A stretch of DNA of 64,000 nucleotides from Desulfomonilia bacterium. Its GTDB lineage: Bacteria > Desulfobacterota > Desulfomonilia > UBA1062. The DNA is taken from contig JBEKDT010000006.1 in NCBI GenBank assembly GCA_050014195.1, positions 128,001-192,000 of the forward strand, in the 5' to 3' direction. Numbering within the stretch: position 1 is the stretch's first letter; each line of letters starts with the position of its first letter. This document shows positions 1-9,763 of this stretch, piece by piece. A model generated the notes under the pieces. That model saw only the letters and a program-made list of their open reading frames with translations, had not been told where the DNA came from and did not search any database. Position numbers and translations under genes: made by a program.

Positions 1-347
1 CAAAGGAAGCCTGGGAGCTCAGAAAAGAGCGGGTCCGTACGAAGATTTCCGGAACGCCTAATAGGCTGCGCCTGAGCGTGTACCGGGGCAACAGGAACAT
101 CTACACCCAGATCATTGATGACACCAAAGGCGTAACGCTGGTGGCCGCATCAAGCATGAGTCCCGAGATCCGCGGAAAGGTGAAGGGATTCGGCATCGAG
201 ACCGCAAAACAGGTGGGTGCCTTGCTTGCCCAAAAGGCCAAGGCTTTAGGGATCGAAAAGGTGGTCTTCGACCGCTCGGGCTACAGGTACCACGGTAAGA
301 TAAAGGCCCTATCCGAAGCCGCACGGGAAGGCGGGTTGAAGTTCTAA
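1..347 (+). CDS. rplR: 50S ribosomal protein L18 (5' end outside window)
   Basis: Frame open from position 3 ([28 protein letters not shown]); motif [17 protein letters not shown]; directly upstream of rpsE. Confidence 0.97.
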   Translation, partial: KEAWELRKERVRTKISGTPNRLRLSVYRGNRNIYTQIIDDTKGVTLVAASSMSPEIRGKVKGFGIETAKQVGALLAQKAKALGIEKVVFDRSGYRYHGKIKALSEAAREGGLKF

Positions 348-363
348 GAAACGAGGTGGTGAA

Positions 364-870
364 TTGGCTAGATTTGAAAAGATCGAAGAAGATAAGGATC
401 AATTGATCGACAAGGTTGTATATATCAACCGCGTCGCCAAGGTCGTCAAGGGAGGCAAACGCTTCCGGTTCAGCGCGCTCGTTGTGGTGGGCGACGGCAA
501 CGGCAAGGTCGGCCACGGGCTCGGCAAGGCCAAGGAAGTGTCGGTGAGCATCCGCAAGGGTGTCGAGGCCGCCAAGAAGGCAATGGTGGATGTGCCCATC
601 ATAAAAGGCACGATACCCCATGCCATTACCGGTGAGTTCGGGTCCTCCAAGGTGTATGTAAAACCCGCTCCCGAAGGCACGGGCATTATTGCAGGCAACG
701 CAGTCCGCGCCGTCATGGAGGCGGCAGGGTACCGGAACGTAGTGGCCAAGACTTTAGGCTCACGAAACCATAACAACGTCATCCGCGCCACTCTTGATGC
801 CCTGGAGCGCTTGGAGACGAAGGAGTTCGTCGAGGCCAAGCGGGGCAAGTCTCTCGATGCGGTATTGTAA
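364..870 (+). CDS. rpsE: 30S ribosomal protein S5 (TTG start)
   Basis: INRVAKVVKGGKRFRFSALVVVGDGNG motif; operon position. Confidence 0.98.
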   Translation: MARFEKIEEDKDQLIDKVVYINRVAKVVKGGKRFRFSALVVVGDGNGKVGHGLGKAKEVSVSIRKGVEAAKKAMVDVPIIKGTIPHAITGEFGSSKVYVKPAPEGTGIIAGNAVRAVMEAAGYRNVVAKTLGSRNHNNVIRATLDALERLETKEFVEAKRGKSLDAVL

Positions 871-897
871 ACCCAAAAAAGGGATGGAAAAGAAATC

Positions 898-1080
898 ATG
901 GCTGGTAAGATAAAGGTGACATTGAGCCGTTCGGTGATCGGCTGTACGGTAAAGCAGAGGGCGGTCGTAACGGCATTGGGCCTGAAGAGGCGCGGCAGGT
1001 CGAGGATATTGCCCGACAACAAGGCAACCCGCGGTGCCATCAACAAGGTGCCTCATCTTTTAACCTGGGAGGAGGCATAA
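898..1080 (+). CDS. rpmD: 50S ribosomal protein L30
   Basis: 60 aa, KIKVTLSRSVIG...GAINKVPHLL; between rpsE and rplO. Confidence 0.96.
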   Translation: MAGKIKVTLSRSVIGCTVKQRAVVTALGLKRRGRSRILPDNKATRGAINKVPHLLTWEEA

Positions 1081-1081
1081 C

Positions 1082-1528
1082 ATGCTCGATCTATCAAACC
1101 TGAAACCGGCGGAAGGGTCACGGAAGAAGAGAAAGAGGGTCGGAAGAGGCAATGCATCGGGCATGGGCACCACCAGCGGCCGCGGCGCCAAGGGCCAGAA
1201 GGCGCGCTCCGGCGGCAGTGTTCCCCACTGGTTTGAAGGCGGGCAGATGCCCATATACCGCAGGCTCCCGAAGAGGGGTTTCAAGAATTTCTTATTCCGC
1301 AAGGAATATGCAGTGGTGAACATCCGGGACCTTACCATATTCGAAAAGGGCAGCCTGGTGGACCGCAAGGCCTTGAAGGACAAGGGGAAGATCCCGAATT
1401 TGAGCGTCTCCGTCAAGCTGCTGGCAGACGGGGATATTGACATTCCATTGACAGTGAAGCTGGATAAGGCATCCCAGGCAGCCCTTGACAAGATCGTAAA
1501 GGCCGGCGGGACCTTCGAGGCTCTTTAG
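1082..1528 (+). CDS. rplO: 50S ribosomal protein L15
   Basis: RVGRG...GRGAKGQKARSGG, FEGGQMPIYRRLPKRGF. Confidence 0.98.
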   Translation: MLDLSNLKPAEGSRKKRKRVGRGNASGMGTTSGRGAKGQKARSGGSVPHWFEGGQMPIYRRLPKRGFKNFLFRKEYAVVNIRDLTIFEKGSLVDRKALKDKGKIPNLSVSVKLLADGDIDIPLTVKLDKASQAALDKIVKAGGTFEAL

Positions 1529-1540
1529 GGGTTAATAAAA

Positions 1541-2848
1541 GTGAGCTACGGATTCGACAATATTGCAAAAGTACCTGAGCTGCAAAAGCGCATCATCTTT
1601 ACGCTGCTCATGCTCTTGGTCTACCGGGTCGGGATTCATATCCCCACACCCGGCATCGATTCCGCAGTGATGGCGGAATGGTTCGACCAGCAGAAGGGCA
1701 CCTTGCTGGGCATGTTTGATATGTTCGCAGGCGGCGGTTTCAGGAGTCTTTCCATCTTTGCCCTGGGTGTCATGCCCTACATCAGTTCCTCCATCATCGT
1801 ACAGCTCTTGTGCATGATCTATCCGCCATTCGAACAACTCCAGAAAGAGGGTGCGGCAGGCAAGCACAAGCTCACCGTGTACACACGCTACGGCACGGTC
1901 TTCCTCTGCATGGTCCAGAGTTATTTCATGGCCTTCGGCGTGGAACAGATGAGCATGGGCGGCCAGTCGGTGGTTATCATGCCGGGTTGGGGGTTCAGGC
2001 TCGTAGCCATGCTCACCATGACCACGGGCACCTGCTTCCTCATGTGGCTCGGCGAGCAGATCACGGAGCGCGGCATCGGCAACGGCATATCGCTCATCAT
2101 CTTTGCAGGTATTGTCGCGAGGCTGCCGGTGGCGGTCTACAACAGCGTAAGGCTTGCGCGTACCGGTGAAATGTCCATCTTCATACTGCTCTTTGTGGTG
2201 GTACTGATGCTGGCGGTCATCGGCGGCATCGTATTCATGGAGACTGCGCAGCGCAGGGTGCCCATCCAGTACCCCAAACAGATCAAGGGCCGCAAGGTCT
2301 ACGGCGGGCAGAGCACCCACCTGCCTCTGAAGATAAACATCTCGGGCGTTATTCCTCCCATCTTCGCTTCGTCCATCATCGTGTTTCCGGCCACCATTGC
2401 ACAGTTCTTCCCGGATGTGGGTTTTATGAAGTCGGTAGCGAATGCGCTGCATCCCAGGGGGATTGCATATAATGCCATATACATACTAGCGATCATCTTT
2501 TTCACGTATTTCTATACCGCGGTCATCTTCAACCCGTTGGATGTCGCCGAGAACCTCAAGAAGAACGGGGGATACGTCCCGGGTATCAGGCCGGGAAAGG
2601 CAACGGCCGAGTATCTTGACAAGGTGCTTTCAAGGCTCACGTTTATCGGGGCCATTTATCTGTGCGTCGTCTGCGTCCTGCCCATACTGCTCACGGCCAA
2701 GGCCAACGTGCCGTTTTATTTCGGCGGTACCTCGCTCCTGATTGTCATCGGCGTCTCTTTGGACACCATGAGCCAGATCGAGTCTCATTTGATAAGCAGG
2801 CAGTATGACGGTCTGTTAAAGACGGGCCGCATTCGTGGCAGAAGGTAG
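1541..2848 (+). CDS. secY: Preprotein translocase subunit SecY
   Basis: SIFALGVMPYISSSII, WLGEQITERGIGNGISL, PGIRPG; about 10 hydrophobic segments. Confidence 0.98.
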   Translation: MSYGFDNIAKVPELQKRIIFTLLMLLVYRVGIHIPTPGIDSAVMAEWFDQQKGTLLGMFDMFAGGGFRSLSIFALGVMPYISSSIIVQLLCMIYPPFEQLQKEGAAGKHKLTVYTRYGTVFLCMVQSYFMAFGVEQMSMGGQSVVIMPGWGFRLVAMLTMTTGTCFLMWLGEQITERGIGNGISLIIFAGIVARLPVAVYNSVRLARTGEMSIFILLFVVVLMLAVIGGIVFMETAQRRVPIQYPKQIKGRKVYGGQSTHLPLKINISGVIPPIFASSIIVFPATIAQFFPDVGFMKSVANALHPRGIAYNAIYILAIIFFTYFYTAVIFNPLDVAENLKKNGGYVPGIRPGKATAEYLDKVLSRLTFIGAIYLCVVCVLPILLTAKANVPFYFGGTSLLIVIGVSLDTMSQIESHLISRQYDGLLKTGRIRGRR

Positions 2849-2878
2849 CTCATACAACCTTAAGAGGGGGGAATCATC

Positions 2879-3523
2879 ATGAATATTATTTTAATAGGAC
2901 CGCCGGGTGCCGGTAAGGGAACACAGGCCACGAGAATGATCGACAGACTGAAGGTTCCCCAGATCTCCACGGGCGATATGTTCAGGGCAGCCGTCAAGGA
3001 AGGCACGCCCATGGGCACAAAGGCCAAGGAATATATGGACAAGGGTGCGCTGGTGCCGGACGATGTAGTCATCGGCGTAGTGAAAGAGCGCTTCGGCAAG
3101 CCCGACTGCAAGAAGGGGTTCATCCTTGACGGGTTCCCCAGGACATTGGAACAGGCCAAGGCCCTGGACGGGTTGCTGAAGGATCTCAAAACCAAGCTCG
3201 ATCATGTCGTGGTCATCGACGTGCCGGACGACTATCTGGTGGAAAGGCTCACCGGCCGCAGGACATGCAGGGGCTGCAACTATATGCACCACATCGAGTT
3301 CGATCCGCCCAAGAAGGCAGGCGTTTGCGACAAGTGCGGCGGCGAGCTCTATCAGAGGGACGACGATAAGGAAGAGACCATACGCCAGAGGCTGACGAAC
3401 TATCACAACCAGACGTCGCCCCTTATCGAATATTACGGCAAGCAGGCAATCGTCAGAAAAATCAACGGAACCTTAAGCATGGAGAAGGTTCAGGACGAGA
3501 TCAAAAAGGCGATCGGCGCTTAA
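2879..3523 (+). CDS. adk: Adenylate kinase with Zn-binding LID
   Basis: [24 protein letters not shown] CxxC...CxxC (CRGC/CDKC). Confidence 0.98.
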   Translation: MNIILIGPPGAGKGTQATRMIDRLKVPQISTGDMFRAAVKEGTPMGTKAKEYMDKGALVPDDVVIGVVKERFGKPDCKKGFILDGFPRTLEQAKALDGLLKDLKTKLDHVVVIDVPDDYLVERLTGRRTCRGCNYMHHIEFDPPKKAGVCDKCGGELYQRDDDKEETIRQRLTNYHNQTSPLIEYYGKQAIVRKINGTLSMEKVQDEIKKAIGA

Positions 3524-3534
3524 ATAGGATACGT

Positions 3535-3750
3535 ATGGCAAAGGATGTAATCGAGGCTGAAGGTGTCGTTCTAGAACCGTTGCCGAACGCCATGTTCAAG
3601 GTGGAGTTGGTCAACGGGCACCAGATTCTCGCGCACATCTCGGGCAAGATGAGAATGCACTACATCCGGATATTACCAGGCGACAAAGTGCAGGTGGAGA
3701 TATCGCCCTATGATCTGACAAAAGGGCGGATCGTCTACCGATCAAAGTAA
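3535..3750 (+). CDS. infA: Translation initiation factor IF-1
   Basis: [30 protein letters not shown]. Confidence 0.98.
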   Translation: MAKDVIEAEGVVLEPLPNAMFKVELVNGHQILAHISGKMRMHYIRILPGDKVQVEISPYDLTKGRIVYRSK

Positions 3751-3763
3751 TGATGAGGCGGAT

Positions 3764-3877
3764 ATGAAGGTAAGCGCATCAATCAAGAAGCGGTGCAGGA
3801 AGTGCAAGATTATCAGAAGAAGCGGGACAGTCAGGGTAATCTGCGAGAATCCGCGTCATAAACAGAGACAGGGTTAA
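3764..3877 (+). CDS. rpmJ: 50S ribosomal protein L36, zinc-binding type (absent from ORF track)
   Basis: Manual translation: [37 protein letters not shown], 37 aa. Confidence 0.97.
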   Translation: MKVSASIKKRCRKCKIIRRSGTVRVICENPRHKQRQG

Positions 3878-3892
3878 AAGGAGGCAGGAGTC

Positions 3893-4261
3893 TTGGCTAG
3901 GATTGCAGGAGTAGACTTACCACGGAACAAGCGCATCGATATCGCACTGACCTACATCTACGGTATCGGCAGGGCAAAGGCTTCCGAGCTCATCACGGCC
4001 GTTAATATCGATCCGGCAAAGAGGAGCGATGACCTTTCGGAGCACGACATTTCGTCGATCAGGGACTATATCGACAAGACCTTGACCGTAGAGGGCGATC
4101 TGCGCAGAGAGATCACCATGAACATCAGACGCCTGATGGACATTGCCTCCTACCGGGGTATCAGGCACCGCAAAGGCCTGCCCTGTCGCGGACAGCATAC
4201 CCACAACAACGCCCGTACCAGGAAAGGTCCGAGACGGGCCGTGGTCGGCAAGAAGAAATAA
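3893..4261 (+). CDS. rpsM: 30S ribosomal protein S13 (TTG start)
   Basis: [32 protein letters not shown]. Confidence 0.98.
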   Translation: MARIAGVDLPRNKRIDIALTYIYGIGRAKASELITAVNIDPAKRSDDLSEHDISSIRDYIDKTLTVEGDLRREITMNIRRLMDIASYRGIRHRKGLPCRGQHTHNNARTRKGPRRAVVGKKK

Positions 4262-4287
4262 CCTTTTTAAGGTAAGGAGTGCTTTTC

Positions 4288-4680
4288 ATGGCGAAAGTGA
4301 GAGCGAAAACAGGCAGAAAAAAGGCCAGGAAAGAGGTGAGCGAGGGTGTCGTTCATATCCAGGCCACTTTCAATAACACCATCGTGACCATCACGGACCA
4401 GCAGGGGAATACCCTGGGCTGGTCGTCTGCAGGGTCGCAGGGGTTTAAGGGCTCCCGCAAATCCACTCCGTTTGCGGCCCAGATCGCAGCCCAGGAGGCG
4501 TGCAAGAAGGCGGCCGAATTCGGGGTTAAGAGTGCATTCGCATACATAAAGGGGCCCGGCGGCGGCAGGGAATCGGCTTTAAGGGCGATCAATGCGAGCG
4601 GCATCCGGATCACCGGTATCCGCGATATTACGCCGATCCCTCACAACGGCTGCAGGCCGCCTAAGCGAAGAAGGGTATAA
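4288..4680 (+). CDS. rpsK: 30S ribosomal protein S11
   Basis: [32 protein letters not shown]; ATG at 4288 after AAGGAG. Confidence 0.98.
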   Translation: MAKVRAKTGRKKARKEVSEGVVHIQATFNNTIVTITDQQGNTLGWSSAGSQGFKGSRKSTPFAAQIAAQEACKKAAEFGVKSAFAYIKGPGGGRESALRAINASGIRITGIRDITPIPHNGCRPPKRRRV

Positions 4681-4700
4681 ACAAGCAAGGAGGAATAATC

Positions 4701-5327
4701 TTGTCGAGATATGCAGGAGCTGTTTGTAAGATCTGTCGCAGAGAAGGAATGAAGCTCTTCCTGAAAGGAGAGCGGTGCTTTACGGACAAGTGCGCCATTG
4801 AGCAGCGGGAATATCCTCCCGGGCAGCACGGCCAGGGCCGCGTCAGGACCACCGAATACCGGATCCACTTAAGAGAGAAGCAGAAGGTCAGGTACACGTA
4901 TGGGGTATCCGAGGCCCAGTTCCGCAAGTATTATGATATGGCAAAGCGCCGCAAGGGTGTTACCGGCGAGCTGCTCCTGCAGCTTCTGGAACGGAGGCTC
5001 GACAACATAGTATACCGCCTCGGGTTCTCGCAGTCACGCAACGGGGCACGCCAGCTTATCAGCCACGGACATATCACGGTGAACGGGCATAAGGTCAACA
5101 TCCCCTCATTTCTCGTGGATGCCGGAGACGAGGTCGAGGTGAAGGAAAAGAGTAAAAAATTAGACTTCATCGGAGTGTCTCTGGAAAATCGTGAACAGCG
5201 TGGTTTTACCGAGTGGCTCGAAGTCGATAAGGATGCCAAGAAAGGCAAGGTAAAGGCGCTGCCGGAGCGCAAGGATATGCCAATGTCGGTCCAGGAGACC
5301 TTGATCATTGAGTACTATTCGAGATAA
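4701..5327 (+). CDS. rpsD: 30S ribosomal protein S4 (TTG start)
   Basis: CKICRREG, YPPGQHG, LERRLDNIVYRLGF, IIEYYSR. Confidence 0.98.
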   Translation: MSRYAGAVCKICRREGMKLFLKGERCFTDKCAIEQREYPPGQHGQGRVRTTEYRIHLREKQKVRYTYGVSEAQFRKYYDMAKRRKGVTGELLLQLLERRLDNIVYRLGFSQSRNGARQLISHGHITVNGHKVNIPSFLVDAGDEVEVKEKSKKLDFIGVSLENREQRGFTEWLEVDKDAKKGKVKALPERKDMPMSVQETLIIEYYSR

Positions 5328-5357
5328 GACTTTTAAGCCTTGGGGTGAGGGTGAGGG

Positions 5358-6395
5358 ATGATTGAGAAGAACTGGAAAGAAATTATAAAACCGACCAAAT
5401 TGGAGATAGTGGAAGACACGTACACGGATACCTACGCCCGCTTTAATGCACAACCTCTGGAACGCGGCTTCGGTGTCACCATCGGGAATTCGCTGAGGCG
5501 GATTCTTCTGTCCTCCATCTACGGCTCTGCTATCATTGGGGTGAAGTTTGAAGAAGCCTTGGGCGTTCTCCATGAATTTTCCAGCATCTCGGGTGTTTAC
5601 GAGGATGTCACGGACATCATCCTGAACCTCAAGAAGGTGGTGCTGCGCATGCATACGGATAAACCCCAGACCGTGTCCCTTGAAAAGAAGGGCCCCTGCG
5701 AGGTTAAGGCCGGCGACATCGAAACCGGCGGCAAGATCGAGGTGATAAACCCGGATCAGCTCATCGCCACTATCCAGAGCGATATCACGCTGAAGGTTGA
5801 TATGCGGGTGGACTGGGGAAGGGGCTATGTGCCTGCAGAGCTTATCAAGGAAAAGCTGGATACCCACGGCTGGATCCCCATTGATGCCATCTTTTCTCCG
5901 GTGAGAAGGGTGTCTTTTAATGTGACGCCCACCATCGTCGGCCGAAGGACGGACTATGACAGGCTCTCACTTGAGGTATGGACCAACGGCGTGGTGACCC
6001 CGGATGACGCCCTGGCATTCGCCGCCAAGATCCAGAAGGAGTATATGGACGTGTTCATCAACTTCCAGGAGGAGGAGATAGAGCACGAGTTGCGGGAAGA
6101 AGAGAAAGACAAGGAATTGAACAACAACCTCTTCAGGACCGTGGAGGAACTCGAACTCTCGGTTCGTTCCGCCAACTGCCTGAAGAACGCGAATATGACT
6201 TATATCTATGAGCTCGTGCAGAAGACGGAGGCCGAGCTTTTAAAGACCAAGAACTTCGGCAGGAAGTCCTTGGAAGAGATCAAGGAAAAGCTCTCTAAAA
6301 TGGGTTTGCACATCGGGATGAAGCTCCCGGATCTGCCCTCGGTCGACGAGATCGAGGCGCGGCGCAAGAGAATGGAAGAAGAGGAAAGCAAGTAG
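5358..6395 (+). CDS. rpoA: RNA polymerase alpha subunit
   Basis: [45 protein letters not shown]. Confidence 0.98.
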   Translation: MIEKNWKEIIKPTKLEIVEDTYTDTYARFNAQPLERGFGVTIGNSLRRILLSSIYGSAIIGVKFEEALGVLHEFSSISGVYEDVTDIILNLKKVVLRMHTDKPQTVSLEKKGPCEVKAGDIETGGKIEVINPDQLIATIQSDITLKVDMRVDWGRGYVPAELIKEKLDTHGWIPIDAIFSPVRRVSFNVTPTIVGRRTDYDRLSLEVWTNGVVTPDDALAFAAKIQKEYMDVFINFQEEEIEHELREEEKDKELNNNLFRTVEELELSVRSANCLKNANMTYIYELVQKTEAELLKTKNFGRKSLEEIKEKLSKMGLHIGMKLPDLPSVDEIEARRKRMEEEESK

Positions 6396-6411
6396 GATCG
6401 GAGCATAAGAC

Positions 6412-6906
6412 ATGAATCATCACATTGCAGGAAGAAAACTCGGACGGACAACGGATCATAAGCTCTCGATGCTCAAGAACCTGGTGACATCGCTGATCAT
6501 CCATGACAGGCTCACCACTACCGAGGCAAAGGCAAAAGAGCTCAGAAGGATCGCCGATAAAATGATCACCCTGGGCAAGAAGGGCGACCTCGCAGCGATC
6601 CGCAGGGCCCACCAGACAATAAGATCAAAGGAAGCCCTCGGCAAGCTCTTCAAAGACCTTGCACCGCTTTTTGCCGCACGTAACGGCGGGTATACCCGCA
6701 TCATCAAGTATAAGAACCGCCACGGCGACCATGCTCCTCTTGCCATCATCGAATGGACGGAGTCGGCAGCAATAAATGTCCCGGAAAAGAAGGCACCCGA
6801 GAAGAAGGCTTCGGCGAAAAAGGCCTCCGAGAAGAAGGCGCCCGAGAAAAAGGCCGCCCCGAAGAAGAAGGCTGCAGCAAAGAAGGCTGACGAGAATAAG
6901 GATTGA
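6412..6906 (+). CDS. rplQ: 50S ribosomal protein L17 with Lys/Ala-rich C-terminal tail
   Basis: GRKLGRT, TTEAKAKELR, RNGGYTRIIK; follows rpoA. Confidence 0.97.
   Translation: MNHHIAGRKLGRTTDHKLSMLKNLVTSLIIHDRLTTTEAKAKELRRIADKMITLGKKGDLAAIRRAHQTIRSKEALGKLFKDLAPLFAARNGGYTRIIKYKNRHGDHAPLAIIEWTESAAINVPEKKAPEKKASAKKASEKKAPEKKAAPKKKAAAKKADENKD
6781..6891 (+). repeat. Degenerate 15-nt coding repeat (PEKKA/SAKKA/SEKKA) in the L17 tail
   Basis: PEKKAPEKKASAKKASEKKAPEKKAAPKKKAAAKKAD. Confidence 0.85.
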
Positions 6907-7706
6907 TCCGGAAGGAAACACAACACACTGCATTAACACTATCTGGAGTTACTTTTTCCTATCCCAACAAAAACGCTCTGGCGGGTATCGATCTCACGGT
7001 ACCCGCCGGTTCTTATTTCGGCATTGTGGGTCCGAACGGCAGCGGCAAGACCACACTGGCCTTTCTCATCTCAGGCATTCTCAAGCCCGCTTCCGGCCTC
7101 ATCGACACGCACGGCATGCGGGTCGGTCTTGTCCTTTCCAACCCCGCCAATCAGATCGTGAGCCTTGTAGTGGAGGAAGACATCGCCTTCGGACCCGAGA
7201 ACATGGGTCTTCCGAGCCACGAGATCAGGGCCAGGATCGATTACGCACTGGGGGCCATCCACGGCGAGCACCTTCGTCACTCACTCACCTCGACTCTCTC
7301 CGGCGGCCAGCTCGCCAAGGTTGCCTATGCGGGCCAGCTTGCACTGGATGTGGATGTCCTGGTCTTAGACGAGGGCACGGTAATGCTCGATCCCTCAAGC
7401 CGGGCTGCCCTTTTAAAGACCATAAAAGAGCTGAATGCGGATCTGGGCACTACCGTCATCCACATCTCTCACCGCCTGGAAGACCTGCAGAGCGCTCATT
7501 GCGTGCTGGTCATGGAAGAAGGCGTTATCAGGCTTACAGCAGAGGGTGCCCTCGATCTCATAAAAAGGCTTTCACAAGATACTACACCGGGGATAGAGGC
7601 CGGTCCCGAACTGATCTATCGCGGGTTCTTGCATGACCACGGGATCGATGAGACTGATCTCGAAAAGGCGACAAGAATATGTGCCGGCCTGATGAAGAAA
7701 ACCTGA
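6903..7706 (+). CDS. ECF-transporter ATPase (EcfA/CbiO/BioM family)
   Basis: Walker A GPNGSGKT, VEEDIAFGPENMG, LSGGQ, VLVLDE, ISH; overlaps rplQ stop; start uncertain. Confidence 0.88.
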   Translation: MIRKETQHTALTLSGVTFSYPNKNALAGIDLTVPAGSYFGIVGPNGSGKTTLAFLISGILKPASGLIDTHGMRVGLVLSNPANQIVSLVVEEDIAFGPENMGLPSHEIRARIDYALGAIHGEHLRHSLTSTLSGGQLAKVAYAGQLALDVDVLVLDEGTVMLDPSSRAALLKTIKELNADLGTTVIHISHRLEDLQSAHCVLVMEEGVIRLTAEGALDLIKRLSQDTTPGIEAGPELIYRGFLHDHGIDETDLEKATRICAGLMKKT

Positions 7707-7725
7707 TCCTGCACCATTCTGTGCG

Positions 7726-8511
7726 TCAGACCCCCTTGTCGTTCAACCATGCAATGATATAGTCGGCTACCTCTTGCCAGTTCTTTTGTCCGATGATGAA
7801 GTGCGTTCGTCCGGCGAACTCCTTGAAGTCGGTTATGGATGGTGACCTCTTGTATTTGTTATAGTTGGTCTTGTTGAGCGAAGCCGGGATTATGTTGTCA
7901 TCAGAACCGGCAATCAAGAGTAGAGGGGGGTGTTGTTTTTTGAAGTCAATCCCGGCAACGCTGGTGAGTGACTCACGGGGCACCCTTCGTGATTCGGGCA
8001 CCACATATCTTTCATAAGCTGCTCGTTGTTCTGGTAACGACATCGTATTCACGAACGTGTACTGAAAGTGTTCAAACGGCATTTGCATGGGTTGGCCCTT
8101 GGGCACAAATGGGTTAATCGCTGGCCAGTTGGACTTGATAAAGGACCACTTGATGGTGAATACACCGGGCGGCGGCGCGGAATCAATCGCAACGCCTGCA
8201 ATAGCCAGATCTCTCTGAAGTAATAATTGCACGATCAACCCCCCCATCGAATGACCGATGAGAATGGGCTTTGCACCCAGTGGTTTGATGGTTTCCACGA
8301 GAGACTCAATGACGGCGCTCAAGGTGAGCTTGCCTAGTTGCGGATCGGGGTAGTTCTTGCGCAGTGTTTCGACGGGCTTTTCTCTGCCGGGCCAGGCCGG
8401 GGCGATGCACGTATAGCCTTTGGTTTGATAGTGCTTGATCCAGTGCTCCCAACACAACGGGTTCATGAACATTCCGTGTATGAATAAGATAGTCCCGGTC
8501 TTCATGATCAA
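7726..8511 (-). CDS. Alpha/beta-fold hydrolase
   Basis: FIHG oxyanion motif, GHSMGG nucleophile elbow, Asp (GSDD) and His (RTH). Confidence 0.9.
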   Translation of the reverse strand: MIMKTGTILFIHGMFMNPLCWEHWIKHYQTKGYTCIAPAWPGREKPVETLRKNYPDPQLGKLTLSAVIESLVETIKPLGAKPILIGHSMGGLIVQLLLQRDLAIAGVAIDSAPPPGVFTIKWSFIKSNWPAINPFVPKGQPMQMPFEHFQYTFVNTMSLPEQRAAYERYVVPESRRVPRESLTSVAGIDFKKQHPPLLLIAGSDDNIIPASLNKTNYNKYKRSPSITDFKEFAGRTHFIIGQKNWQEVADYIIAWLNDKGV

Positions 8512-8705
8512 ACTCCTTTTTTAGAGATGGATAACGATATAAAGTGCCTTCGGATGCCCCTCCGGAATCCTTGTTCATACTTTCATGTAATATAAGAGCC
8601 AGACCGTCCCAGGCAAGGAATCTGCAGAGCTGGAATAATAGTAAGAACGCCTTCAGGCGAGATCGGACACAGGGAAGAAAGGGAACAGATTTATTTTCTA
8701 AAGGG

Positions 8706-8803
8706 GCCTAACCATCGGTTTCACGAGGACCGCCAGGACCGTCCGGCCCTGCAAAGTTAAACGTACACTTTGCCCTAGCGGCCGCTGATGCCTACCGTTT
8801 CGG
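8706..8803 (+). mobile_element. Degenerate integron attC-like site
   Basis: R'' GCCTAAC (8706-8712), central hairpin GCAAAGT/ACTTTGC, L'-like CTGATGC, then GTT at 8797; the L''/L' pairing is poor. Confidence 0.55.
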
Positions 8804-8831
8804 TGTATGAGTGCACGGCGAAAAACCAGTA

Positions 8832-8860
8832 TTGCATATCCACTTTGTGTACGATACTAT
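8832..8860 (+). promoter_or_regulatory. Putative sigma-70 promoter inside the hicBA cassette
   Basis: TTGCAT-N17-TACTAT ending 18 nt before the hicB ATG. Confidence 0.55.
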
Positions 8861-8878
8861 GTTTTATAAGGTGACCTC

Positions 8879-9079
8879 ATGAGAATCGAGATAGAAAGAG
8901 AGGATGATGGCCGCTGGATAGCTGAAATCCCAGAGCTGCCCGGTGTATTAGCCTATGGAGATACTCGTAAACAAGCCATTGCAAAGGCAGAAGCGTTGGC
9001 GTTGCGAGTTCTGGCTGACCGACTTGAGCATGATGAAGAGATTCCAGAACTCAAGGAAGTGTTTGCAGTCTCCGCATGA
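8879..9079 (+). CDS. hicB: HicB-family antitoxin (short, no DNA-binding domain)
   Basis: EREDDGRWIAEIPELPGVLAYGDT is the HicB N-domain pattern; ATGA overlap with the next gene. Confidence 0.9.
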   Translation: MRIEIEREDDGRWIAEIPELPGVLAYGDTRKQAIAKAEALALRVLADRLEHDEEIPELKEVFAVSA

Positions 9080-9291
9080 GTCAGTGGCCATCAACTAGGC
9101 CCCAGCAAGTTCTAGCAGCTCTTTTTCGTATTGGTTGGGTGATCAAAAGACAGTCTGGTACATCTCATCGTATTCTTGCTCGTCCGGGTTGGCCTGATTA
9201 TGTTTTCGCCTTTCATGATCGTGAAGAGATCGGTCCGAAAATGCTGGCACGGATTTCGAAACATACAGGTCTTACTCCTAAAGATTTGTGA
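9076..9291 (+). CDS. hicA: HicA-family mRNA interferase toxin
   Basis: GWVIKRQSGTSH motif, H-x-x-x-EIGPKML; 71 aa, basic. Confidence 0.9.
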   Translation: MSQWPSTRPQQVLAALFRIGWVIKRQSGTSHRILARPGWPDYVFAFHDREEIGPKMLARISKHTGLTPKDL

Positions 9292-9296
9292 TAATC

Positions 9297-9360
9297 ACCG
9301 AACAAAGGCATCCAGAAGGACACGGGCTGCCGCCCGCGCTACTGATGCGTGTCGTTGAAT
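9297..9360 (+). mobile_element. Integron attC site (64 bp)
   Basis: R'' ACCGAAC, L'' GCATCCAG pairing with L' CTGATGC leaving one extrahelical base, inner hairpin CGGGC/GCCCG, 5-nt spacer, R' GTTGAAT; starts 5 nt after the hicA stop. Confidence 0.75.
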
Positions 9361-9398
9361 GAATATCCCTGCGATTAACAAACAGTCGTATTTTTCAG

Positions 9399-9702
9399 TT
9401 ATGAATCGGAGATCTCAAGATGAGATCGTCAGTGTATTTTCTCTCATAGAGGGAATTATTTAAATGAGGGCTTGGCTCTCAGCCGTCCCCGATAAAACTG
9501 CTGACTACACCTTTCAGGTATTGAGCAGGATTAATCCGAGCCATATTCTTTATGATATCGATGTTGGAGTGGAGATGTCGGGTGTCCAGCACCCACATGA
9601 TATGACGTTTCTTATACGGGATACCTGCCCTGTCCATGTACTCGCACGGGAAGATCTGTACCGTGACCGTTTTTATGTCATAATCTTTGCCGCACTCACA
9701 GA
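9399..9702. repeat. 304-bp direct repeat, copy 1 (copy 2 at 24054-24357)
   Basis: Aligned by eye without gaps; 6 substitutions counted. Confidence 0.95.
9479..9702 (-). pseudogene. Orphan 3' fragment (about 74 codons) of the 24134-26242 gene
   Basis: Encodes CECGKDYDIKTVTVQIFP...FIGDG* with no upstream part. Confidence 0.88.
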
Positions 9703-9716
9703 AGCCTAAACATTAA

Positions 9717-9745
9717 TTGACATATGCTTTAATTGTTGATATCAT
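9717..9745 (+). promoter_or_regulatory. Putative sigma-70 promoter of TMTC-like gene 1
   Basis: TTGACA-N17-TATCAT just upstream of the ORF. Confidence 0.65.
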
Positions 9746-9763
9746 GTAAGTGATTATAATTAG

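Noticed and set aside
1532-2452. Long antisense ORFs over secY (also over AOR and the kinases)
   Set aside because: Expected shadows of GC-rich codon usage opposite well-supported genes.
8678-8698. AAAGGGAACAGATTTATTTTC motif before the first attC, reminiscent of ends seen near HUH/Y1 transposases
   Set aside because: Single copy, no partner end or transposase in the window, and the resemblance rests on memory only.
9464-9709. Plus-strand ORFs MRAWLSA... here and at 24119-24499
   Set aside because: Antisense shadows; the substitutions are synonymous in the minus-strand frame, which is the real one.
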